A stretch of 62,937 nucleotides of DNA, the filler included, from Choristocarpus tenellus KU-1152 (lineage: Eukaryota > Protista > Phaeophyceae): the NCBI GenBank assembly GCA_964200185.2. It is 14 parts of 14 records of this genome, joined end to end, with 100 filler letters (N's around TTAATTAATTAA, not from the genome) between each part and the next. Parts side by side here need not be neighbours in the genome. Positions count along the whole stretch, not along the records: positions 25,032 to 27,656 come from CAXNAD020026171.1; positions 27,757 to 33,962 come from CAXNAD020008686.1; positions 34,063 to 36,968 come from CAXNAD020023753.1; 11 more parts are not named here. One strand, 5' to 3'. Each line of letters begins with the position of its first letter. The stretch's first letter is position 1. Of this stretch, positions 25,333 to 36,167 are shown one piece after another. The notes under the pieces were generated by a model. It ran no database searches. It worked only from the letters and a program-made list of their open reading frames with translations, and was not told the DNA's origin. Made by a program: the position numbers and the translations under genes.

Positions 25333-27437
25333 CCTGCAATCACCTCCCGTGATGGCACCTGCCACAAACACCTCTGGCAAGGCCAGGTCATCAGATCAGC
25401 TGTGGAGTCAGCTGGAGGAGCTCCGAAAGAAGTACGATGATTTGGTCAACTTCACTGTCAATCTTACCGCTGAGAAGGTGAGGAAAGTAGGGAGGCGTGG
25501 CGGCGTTGTTTGTGGTAACTTTTTTGTTGTTGTTCTTTCTTAACCGGGGAGGTGGTTAGTTGATTTTCTCTCCACGATCAAGTGATTGGTTTCTGCTCTG
25601 CTCTGCTCAGCTTGGAACACGAAGTACTGTCTGAAGTCACAGAGCCTGTGTCTGTCCACCCTGTTGCAGGCGGAAGGAAAGGAGGGGGAAATTGTCTGTG
25701 TTGTGTCAGTTTCACAGTGCCTCCTTCATTCAGCAGTAAGCACCTTACAGGCTAGGGTCCTAACCCTCTGAGACGCACCAATGCCTGCATTGGGATTCAT
25801 ACCTAGACCTCCCGCTCTGTTGTTGGGACTCAGGATCTAATCCAAAGGTCATTGGAAGCCACCAGGGAGGACATGCGACGGGAGCAGAAGGCCCGGAAGC
25901 AACTGGAGAGTCAGAGTGAGTACGGGGCTGGCTAGCTGGTCAGGTTGGACATCACAGTGGCAAAAGAAAACCAGGAGTTTTTTATGCATCCGGACAGTTA
26001 AACATGACCAGGAGTCTGGGCTATGGTCACCCCGACCATGTTGATACAGTCAACAGCCATGGACTCACCCTGTTGAAATATATTGGTACCGGGCCTGCCC
26101 ATGGTGCAACCATGTGTCGAAACAGTATATGACCATGGATCAGACTTGTTAGATCATATTGGTACTGTGCTGGTCCAGGTCCCAGCCTTGTTGAAATAAT
26201 CGACATCCATGTGTAAAGAAGTGCTTTAATCGGATCAGCAACGTGAAGATGGACCAGACCAGCTCGGTCAAAATGTATCCCAAATAATCCCCAAGTACTT
26301 TTGAGAATACATATTTTTTGTAATATCCCTCTTGCCACCCCCCACACCCGTAACTGTTCTATCAAGATTGGACTGGAGTGTCCTTGTGCCATCTATGTTT
26401 GTAAGTGATCACAGCAGGCCTCTATGGTGGTGATCCTGTCCTGATACGAACACGTCGAAAAGCCAGGTTCCAATACTTGATGGACCATGTCAGGACGTAT
26501 CAGAAATGTTGGGACTGGTCTAGCGTGCGGAGTGAGATCCCTCACATTGCCTGGCCTGATGAAAGGCCTGAAAAAATCTGCAGGTCACTCTCTGAGCATA
26601 GCCAATCTAATCAACATATTTTTCACCCGGCTGTATATTTTCTGTATGCATCTATCTACATCCAGGAGTATCTGATTTTCCCCTTCACCTCATGTTCGTC
26701 TTCTGCTGGTTTACCTTGACCTTGCCCATTTTTGATCATACGTGCCAACAATACCATGCACATCTACCCTCCAAAGACCCCCACCCCCTCCCTCAAACCA
26801 CCTCCCTCAAACCACGACTGGCAGTGGCATCAACCAAAACATTTGCACCCTTGTCCCTTCCCTGTTCTCCACACCACTGCTCCCCTGTCGGGGGGCTCTC
26901 TGATTCCGCTTTTTTTTGGGGGGGGGGGGCTCTTGGCTGCAGTGATGGAGCCGGGTGCAAGGCGTGCAACAACTTTGAAGGGCACATCTACCACCCAGGA
27001 GGGAGCCAAGGTAAGAACTGCTTTTCATTCCCTTCGACTTTTTTTTCTTCTAGTAATTTCGAATTTCTTCAACAGGTCAGATTGTGCTGTAGTCAACGAT
27101 CCTCTTGGTGTTCCCTTCTCCCACCATCCCCTGTGAGTCCGCCTCTGGTTGAGGAGAGCAGGTGTGCTTTAGTTGGGAGGGGTGGTAGGCTGAGGCAAGA
27201 TGTTCCTGCGTGCCTGCCAGATGGCAGCACTCACCCATTAGGCATGTGCTTAAAACGTGGTTTCAAATATCGTGCACCTTTCCCTCACACCCCACTCCTA
27301 TACCCCCAAACCCGACATTGTATATGCTTACTTTTCTATGCCAGGGGGTATTTTCACTTTTCCATTTACTCCTGATAGCGATAGCTGCAATCTTTGCCGG
27401 GCAATACTTGGGTAGGAGCTCGCTCACAGGATCTTGA
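25333..27437 (+). CDS. VAMP-associated protein (VAP/Scs2-like), C-terminal coiled coil and TM anchor; the MSP domain is not in this contig
   Basis: Phase-consistent GT-AG exons 25333-25477, 25834-25915, 26943-27010 and 27345-27437. They encode LEELRKKYDDLVNFTVNLTAEK|DLIQRSLE... and a terminal GVFSLFHLLLIAIAAIFAGQYLG. Confidence 0.75.
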
Positions 27438-27756
27438 CTCATCCACAGAATATGTTGTGGCCAATGGTAGGTACCCTTGGTCGGAATGTGTGGAGTAGTT
27501 GGGTCCAAACCCCCTGCACTCACCCCTCATCACCAATTTGTGCATGAAGGGTGAATAGTTCCTGTTTGGGGGGGGGGGACTGAAGTAAAAAGCCATTTGC
27601 TTAGGTTTTGTTGCTAGTTGGGGTATATTGGCCTGGCAGTTGGGGGTTTAATCCATNNNNNNNNNNNNNNNNNNNNNNNNNNNNNNNNNNNNNNNNNNNN
27701 TTAATTAATTAANNNNNNNNNNNNNNNNNNNNNNNNNNNNNNNNNNNNNNNNNNNN

Positions 27757-30700
27757 ACCTGCAACTCTACCCATACTTGAACAGAAAACCTGAACGACCG
27801 AAGCCCTATTTCAATTGCTGGGCGGACTCGAAATTGCATTCGTCACCCTTGTCCCCCCACCCTGTGAGCTTAGGGTATGCCTCGACAAGAAGTTGGCATA
27901 GATTTAGGCGCATGGAGTACCTGGCGTTCCAAGGCTCGGGCTTTACGAGGCTCCAGAAGATAGCCTTCTTCGTCTGGAGCGCTTTCACATGCTCGGGGCG
28001 CAACGTATTGCCTGCCCTCCCTCCACGATCGCCGAGTTTCACCTGCGCCACTGTCCACTGAGTGGGCGATTGGAGACATCGCTGTGTCACTCCGGACAGG
28101 CATAGACTCCGAGTCCTTGCCTCGCGACCCCCTCACGTCCTCCACAGGAAGTTCCTCTGGACATATGAAACCATCTCCGTCGGGTCCATCCCCCTTGTCT
28201 TCGGAATCTTCTCTAGCCCTCCTTTTCCTAATCAGGGTTCCTTTTTCGCTTCCCTTTCTCCTTCTTGGAAGGCTTCTTCGTGGGGTTTTTGTTACAATCA
28301 ATATGTACGCGGTTTTTCCCTTGGCCTCATATTGTGGTTGTAAACGTTTACCCTCTCTTGTGAGTCAGTTGCGCCGCTGTCCACCGAATGGGTGTTTGGA
28401 GACATCGCTGTGTCGCTCCGGACAGGCGTAGACTCCGAGTCCTTGCCTCGCGACCCCCTCACGTCCTCCATAGGAAGTTCCTCTGGACCTGACAAGTCGA
28501 AACAAACCGGCTGGTCCACCTCGTCTTCAGAGTCTTCTCTGACCCTCTTTTTCCTAATCAGGGTCCTTTTCCGCTCCCCTTTCTCCTTCTTGGAACTCTT
28601 CTCCCTCGGAGTTTTGCTACGATCAATATTTTCACGGTTTTCGCTTCGCCTCACATTGTGGTCACACATGTTCCCTGGTACTTGAGACTTGGTTCCGCCA
28701 CTGTCTAGCGAATGTGCGTTCGTGGACACCCCTGCGGCACTCAAATTAGGCGTGTACTCCGAATGGTTGCCTAGCCGCCCACTCGCGTCCTCTATTGGAA
28801 TTTCCTCTGGGCCCGACAATACATTACAAACGGGTCTGCCCCCATCGCCTCGAGAGTCGTGTTCCGAGGGTGTCATTGTATTCCTCCCCCTCTTTAGATT
28901 CCTGCTTCCCGCACCTATTGAAGGGCTAGGAGATGGGTTATCTTCCTCCTCTCGAGCACCTGGAGTGTCAGGTCTCCCACAAGGCATGCTGGTGGATACG
29001 CTACCAGCTACCTTTGTCTTCACCAGTGCAAAATTGGTCAATGCCGAGAGTTTGTCCTGCAGGAGTTTGATACGATCCGGGTCAAGGTTGTCCCCGAGGG
29101 CAGTGCATGTGATGACCAGGCCTCCCGGTCGTGTTTGTAGCAGGGCTACTTCTCTCTCGTGAGCTGCGTTGGTCTCGGACTTGAACTTTTCGAGGTCATG
29201 CTTGGACGTTGATAGGTTCTCTGGTGTGATCAACATGTGAGTAACTCGCGTTACCTCTGTGATGGCGGAAGAGCGGCGAAGGTCGTGGCGAAGTGGGGGT
29301 AAAAACGATGGGAGGAGTTGTTAGTGTTAGGAGGCAAGAGATGAGATAGAGTTTCGTGAGAAGGAGTATGTGGGGCAGGATGCAGAAGAGAATACGGGGT
29401 ATGCGGAAAGGATGGACGTACCAGACTAGTGGCAATTCTGACAAAAGTGTCGATAAAGCGAGCCCCTAGGACAGGTGGACAAATAGGGCTGGTAAGAAAG
29501 GGTGAATAGGAAGCATGCAGGACCAGCATGTAACCGCGACATAATTTCTCTCTTTTCGCGGGGTTGTGACGATGGGGTACAACATAGGCAAAGTACGACA
29601 CAGCATGTACGACGAGCAACTTCGCAATCTTTGAAAGAACCGGAGAACCCTGTGACAATCTTCGTTTTGTAACTGTCGAGTGTCGATAGGATGGAAGGGA
29701 GTTGTGTGTTAGGTGTGGTGGGGAAGGGTGTTTGGATTTTAATCTGTGGCGATGTTGTGCAATGCTGCAATTACTCGCCTGTGAATTCAACACCGTTGCT
29801 TAGGGTAACACCCTCAGAGTATTTGATGATGTCCAGGTATTTTGTGCCCTCCTCCACATCCCGCATCAACACGAGGTCTCTTATCACCTGTGGAATTGAT
29901 GGGGTAGATAAACATGCACAAGCAGGGCGTTTATTGTGATATGGCTTTACATGACGAACTGAAATGCGGTGGATAGATGAAATGATGAACTAATGCAAGT
30001 TGAGTACCTTGTCGCTGATGGTGTATTTCTTGGGAGGAGGACCCTCTGCTCCAGACTCCCCTGCTGAATTGTCGGCGTAGGGGTCTATGCCGAGCTTGTC
30101 CTTCTCTTTCAGGTCCTTCATAACCTGAAGTGCAACCTCCAGGACGGCCCCCTTGATGAGTACGTTCTTGGCGTGCATACATCTCAGGTATGCCAACTGC
30201 ACCCTCCAGGGTTGCACTTCCCAATCCTCCTCCGCCTTTGCGGCAGACGGCGGGTCTGGATCGCCGACTTCTTTCCTTTGTCTTGGTCGGCTGGGGGTCG
30301 TTTGTTCCGGACGCCCCTAAGGGTGTGGGAAAACTGTCGTGGAGAAGCACATGGGTGCTGGAGCAGGGCGTGACAAGGATGACACGGGTGTCTGTCTTGT
30401 GGGGTATGAACTAGGTGGTAAACATTGCGGCTGTTGCAGGGTCAGGAGGGGGGAATATGCATATACATCCATGCACTACTTCAATCGTCATGGTCAAAAT
30501 CGACTTACCCATTCCTCTGGAAATGTCTCTGTCCCGACAACATACGTCAACGTGAGCACATCAGTAGGCAGTTTTCTGGCTGCCTGCTCTGAGAAGACGT
30601 GTGCAGCCACTTCGACAATGTCGCGCCATCGATGACCTTGGGGAGTCTCCCCTCTCAGGAGGGATAGTTCGACTCCAGTGAGAATATCAGTGCACATTCT

Positions 30701-32605
30701 AGCGAAATACTGCTCCTTGACCTCGTTCGTGAGCTGCATGTACATCAAATGTGCGACAGAGTGTGGTTAGGATACCCGTAAAGAACAAACTTTGAGGATG
30801 TCGAGGAATTAAGATCGACAGTGTATATGCCGGGGAGGGAAAAGCAGGGCATGCGCGTAGCGCATCGAGACCTTACGGGCATGGGGATCGCTGGAAATTG
30901 GTTGCTCTGCCGTTGGTCAGAACACGTCAAATCATTCAATTACTGTCTGCCCTATGTCAAGTGGAGACAAAATGGTTGGGAACGTTTATCCCACCTTTGT
31001 CCTGTACATGTGATTGAATCCGCCACTGTTCTTAAGGGAATCCATGGCAGCGCCCGGGTTGGCATTCCAGAGCACTGTGAACATGTGAACCGCTCTGAAG
31101 TCGAATTTGTCCTGGTTGGGTGCGCGTTAGGTGAGTGGAGGATAAGGTAATATGATCAGGACAGGAGAATGTGAGAGTGTGCGCGTTTTTGTTGGTTGGT
31201 GGTGTGTGTCATATGGTCGATAGCAAAACACATGTCTACATCGTCAATTCAAACTCACAGTATTGGAAGGCAGGGGTTACTACTGTGTTGTTGTTTTGGA
31301 CTGTTGGTGATGGGTGGTATTTCATGTACTACTAATAAAACGGGTGCATCGCGCTCACATTCGATCCCTCGCGCTTCTTGTGCTCTCTCCACACACCGAG
31401 AAGGATCTCCACCAGTTCTTTTGTCTCTGTTGGAGGATAGCGAGGAGAAGATAGGGGTGGGGTATGTTAGACCACCGACGCGGAATCATCATGGATATAT
31501 TAGACGAAAGGTACGCGGTGCTTGACAATCCTTTTGTGAAAGGATTGTTCAGGGTTCCGTGGGAATCTCACCTTCTCTCGCGCATATGTAGACAAGGGTG
31601 GCGATCGCGTTGAAGAATTGGACGGAGGTCTGGTCTGTGAGTCTATTCACCCCGGCTTCCATATGTGTGTCCTCCCAAGCTTCTTTAAGGAATGCCTTTA
31701 TCTTGGCAGCTACCCTCCTCTTAATAGCCAGCTGTAACGCGGTGTCGTCACTCCGGAAGTCTACGTCACCTAGACTGTACTGGTTGCACTTGGTGACCAA
31801 TGTCGCCATGCGCGCGCGACGATCAGGGTCCTCCTCTATGTCACTTGACAAAAGAGCGGGGCCTGTCGCAACCGAAGTCACGCCTATATTCCAGGATAGT
31901 GGCGACACAGGACACCATCCAGTGGAATATGTCGAGAATGTTGGGCACAGGCGACCTACTGGCCGCCACACTCTCTCCTATCGAAATGGATCCAGCCTTT
32001 TCGCGGTTGCAGTGAGGATAGATCTTCCACATGAAGATCCTCCTGTTATCGTCTCCCTGGAGGTTCTCTGAGATGTCCAAGTCCCACTTCGCTGTGACAT
32101 GCGGCGGGAGGTTGGTGCCACCTGGGATATTTTCCTCTTGCGCGACGCAATGGATTGTCCTCAGCACCATTATGCAGTGTTGTCCGTTCAGGCAAAATAA
32201 CAGGTTGTTGTCGTCATCTATATCCCTCTCATCGCCACTCTCATCTACGTCGAGGTTGCCGTTGGTGATGTAGGTTGTAAGTGGATCGCCATCAGGCACA
32301 TCAGAGGGCACGTTCGCCCTGCGCATGTCGGCTTTCATGTCGCTTATGGTCTTCCATCTGTAGCACATGGAAAAAGGCTGTCCACTCAGGATAGCCGCCA
32401 GCCTATCGGTGGCGACAACTAGGTCCGGCCCTAGCTTGGAGAACATGGACTCCACTCGATTGGTGTCCAGGAGGTTAGCATTATACCTCTGTGTCATGTA
32501 GGCAGATGTTGCAAGGTCCATCGTGCAGGTGGCGCTGATGTTGGACGTAACGATATATGTCGTCCTTAGGTCTTCAGTAGTTTTCCGTCCTCCAGTCGGC
32601 TGTCT
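27757..32605 (-). pseudogene. Large degenerate multi-exon gene of unknown family with a ParB/DGQHR-like motif
   Basis: Collinear minus-strand coding blocks at about 32605-31549 (frameshift near 31850), 30748-30494, 30430-29990, 29890-29780 and 29236-27757. Motif LFCLNGQHCIMVL. A paralog lies at 51272-51560. Confidence 0.55.
28060..28900 (-). repeat. Three tandem coding repeats (period about 315 bp)
   Basis: PEE(I/L)P(I/M/V)EDxxGxxGxxSExxPxxS...HS(L/V)DSG occurs three times in ORFs 28298-29236 and 27870-28301. Confidence 0.9.
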
Positions 32606-33004
32606 GTGAGGATGGAGGGGAATGTTCGGACAATTGTATCAGCAAAGATCAATGATGTCCAGGAAGGGGTGGATGCGATGGTTAGCCTAGTGCATGAGGG
32701 GTATATTCATATGAACAGTGGTGGACCATGTGATTAATGATGACGCGGGTTCTGCACGGAGTGCGGTGTTCGTGTCTGTGAATAGGCTAAGCAAGGGAGA
32801 TATGAAAAGAACGTAGCGATTGTGTGGAAATGGGGACGGCGTAACGCAAGCCTACCAGGAACCTATTTACCAAGAAAAATATGAAAGTGTTAACGCGGTC
32901 GCCCTGGGATGGATATGAATATCAATAAAACGGAACAATATCTGACGCAACCTGGTGTGAACCTACGCGCAGATCAAGATCAGATGTAGCAGGGGCAATC
33001 ATGC

Positions 33005-33562
33005 ACAGGTTTGCGCTTGACACTAGGCTGATAATAATGAATGAATTTCATGTGTTCTGACCAACGGCAAAGGCGATCAAATAAAGAAGCGCGGCTATAT
33101 GGTCGAGGGCGTGTGTGTCGATTCGAACTTGTAACAACCCGAGCAGATAAACCTAACGTCTAACCGAGAAAGTGATAGAAGAAGATGAAACGAATTTACG
33201 CGCTGCCCCGGATTGGATATTGGGAGATGAATCACGCACGGGTTTGCGCTTCACACTAGGCTAATAATAAGGAATGAATTTCCTGTGTTCTGAACAACGG
33301 CAGAGGCCATCAAATTCCGTAGCACGTCCAAAAGGGTTCGGGGGTGTCTGTGTCAATTTGAACTTGTAACAAACAGAGCAGATTAAAATTAAGTTCTAAC
33401 CGAGAAAGTGATAGAAGAAGATTAAAGGAATTTACGTGTTGACCCGGATTGGATGTTGGGAGAGGAATCACGCACGGGTTTGCGCTTCACACTACGCTGA
33501 TAATAATGAATGAATTTCATGTGTTCTGACCAACGGCAAAGGCGATCAAATAAAGAAGCGTG
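33005..33562. repeat. Tandem repeat, period about 235 bp (two units plus a partial third)
   Basis: TTTGCGCTT(G/C)ACACTA...AATGAATTTC.TGTGTTCTGA.CAACGGCA at about 33010, 33243 and 33480. A diverged inverted copy lies at about 30907-30970. Confidence 0.9.
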
Positions 33563-33589
33563 CCCTGTAACATTGAGCATCGAATCTAC

Positions 33590-33962
33590 GAATGCTGGAA
33601 TCCCCACCGTGTAAGGGTCGTATGTACACGCTTTGGAGCACAAATAAGTACAGGGCATGGAATATAAAATGGTGATATCGCCACTGTGGAGAGGTGGTGT
33701 GTACACCATTGGGATCACACAAACAATTACCTTTCTTCTGATCTAAAAAGAGGGTGATATCACCACCGCGGAGAGGTGGCGTGCACACGGTTTGGAGCAC
33801 AAATAAATACAGGGCATTGAATCCAAAGATGGTGATATCACCATCATCATGGACGGGTGGTGTATACCCGGATGATGTAACAACAACTAATTACAGGACA
33901 TCATCGAATCAAATAATGGTGGTATAACCACCATTATCGGGTGGTGTGAAGACGGTTGGGAC
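33590..33962. repeat. Array of about 80-bp units with a palindromic core
   Basis: GGTGATATC(A/G)CCA...GGTGG(T/C)GT at about 33671, 33752, 33831 and 33918, with a degenerate copy at about 33594. Confidence 0.8.
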
Positions 33963-35589
33963 NNNNNNNNNNNNNNNNNNNNNNNNNNNNNNNNNNNNNN
34001 NNNNNNTTAATTAATTAANNNNNNNNNNNNNNNNNNNNNNNNNNNNNNNNNNNNNNNNNNNNGATCAATGGCAGACAACACATACGAGCACATGGCACCA
34101 TTTGCTGCTGGGGAACGTGTTTTGTACTCTACCAAATCAATAGCAACACGTTGAAATGGTCTGTCAACGGGCATATGAGCAATAGGAAGCGTAGGCTTCT
34201 TATGAGCAGTCTTACTTGTTTGGCATGCTTGACAATCACGACACCATGTACGAGTATCGATATTAATGTTGGCCACCAATACGGGTCTCTAACCTTATCG
34301 AACGTGGGTTTGAAACCTAAGTGACCTCCAGACAATGCATGGTCATGACAAGCATGGAGTACAAGACGGACTAACGAGTGAGGAACGACCAACTGGTCTC
34401 TAAACGTGCTCCTCTNNNNNNNNNAAGCCATTACGAAGGAAAAAATACGACATAGACGTCGTCGATTCCTTATCAGGCAGTGGGGCGACGTTGGGGGACT
34501 GCAAATACCTGAAATATGGTCCGAACTCGGACTCCTGCTCCTTGCGCAATTGCTCCTGGTCCACTGAAGGAAACACGGTAGTGGAACTAGTAAATAGTTC
34601 ACGATCACGATACGAATCCCTTCAGACGATAAAATGTGAGCAGTCTTACGCGTTTGGCATGCTTGACAACCACGACACCATGTACGAACGTCGATATTGA
34701 ATGTTGGCCAACAATTCGAGTCTCTATCTAACCTTATCGAACGTGGGTTGGAACCTAAGTGACCTCCAGACAATGCACGGTCATGATAAGGATGGAGTAC
34801 AAGACGAACTAATGAGTGAGGAACGACCAACTGGTCTCTGAACGTGCTCCTCTTACGAAGATGGTCTGGTAAATACGAACGATACAGTAAGCCAATACGA
34901 AGGAAAAATACGACATAGGCGTCGTTGATTCCTTTTCAGGCGGTGGGGCGCGGTGGGGGACTGCAAATACCTGAAATATGGTCCGAACTCAGATTCCTGC
35001 TCCTTGCGCAATTGCTCCGGGTCCACTGCAGGGAACACAGTAGTGGAACTAGTGAATAGTTCACGATCACATAGAGCACGAAGGAGTGGTATTTGTATCA
35101 CGTACTTGAGTGGGGCTCCTTGTCATATGATGTCTTGCTGAAATGGTACACGAACTGTTGTGGAATGAAATACGTTGTTCTTGCCAATCAAGGATTGCAC
35201 CGAAGGCCTGCATAACACTATTATCAAGCAGAATTTTAGCGGGACCAAGTTGGGGTATCACTAAAGCTTCAACTGGCAATATGGTGTCACCATGTGTAAG
35301 TGCAACACGAATAAACCCACGGATAAGCAATGGTGAACCGTTTGCTGTACGCAGATTTATTGCACCAGGTGGGACAGGATGCACATCAAAACGTTTCAGT
35401 TGAGGGTGATTGCGAACAAATATTTCAGAAATACATGGTACATCACTAGCTGTGTTAATAGTCCAGTCATTTTCTTCTTGTTCTTCAACGGTGCCATATA
35501 CATGAACCCTTTGCGATGAAAACGATAAGGGTTTGGGCATGGATGGGTATCTGCACAAAGAACTGTTGAACCAAGTTTCATTATTATTA

Positions 35590-35681
35590 ACAAACATGAT
35601 AGCCAAATTTTCATCGAAATCGCAACATTGGATTTTGGTCCCCAAATGGACGCGGCTCTACCCTCTAAGATACTTTGACTC
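35590..35681 (+). mobile_element. Right half of a split MITE A
   Basis: Matches about 54050-54140 in the same orientation. Confidence 0.85.
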
Positions 35682-35999
35682 ACAACCCAGTCGTGCCTGG
35701 ACAAACCGAGGGGTGCTCGTCTGCCACACTTGCGTCGTAGAGGCAGGGGTCGTGGGGGTCGCGTTCGTGAAGATAGACAGTTAGTACCGGGCCATTATGG
35801 TCCTCGTCCCTAGTGGTCTCCCGAGGTGGATTTGACTCCTGTCCAGTTGGAAACTGTCATGGTGTTGTTGACATCATCGTAGGGAGTGGCAATCGTCAGA
35901 GGTTGACACCAGTCGCACCTCTTGCCCCGTAGGCATCGTTTATTGCCGTTATGCATGTCACTAAGCATTTTTTCTTTGCCAATAGTTCAACCAAACTCT

Positions 36000-36167
36000 T
36001 GTAGGAAGTGTCAATATCCTTATTCCGAAGACACCTTTTCATAAGGTATACATTTTACTTACTCCGAAATATTTTGGAGCAGAAAAATATCATTAAAACC
36101 CCGAAAGAAACCAAGCCCCAAATGGAAAAACAGGGAAAAACTCGTACCCACTAAGATACCTTCACTC
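36000..36167 (-). mobile_element. Left half of the same split MITE A
   Basis: Reverse complement matches about 53883-54050. Confidence 0.85.

Noticed and set aside
33590-33962. CRISPR-like repeat/spacer appearance
   Set aside because: The repeats are degenerate, the linkers resemble each other, no cas genes are present and the context is eukaryotic.
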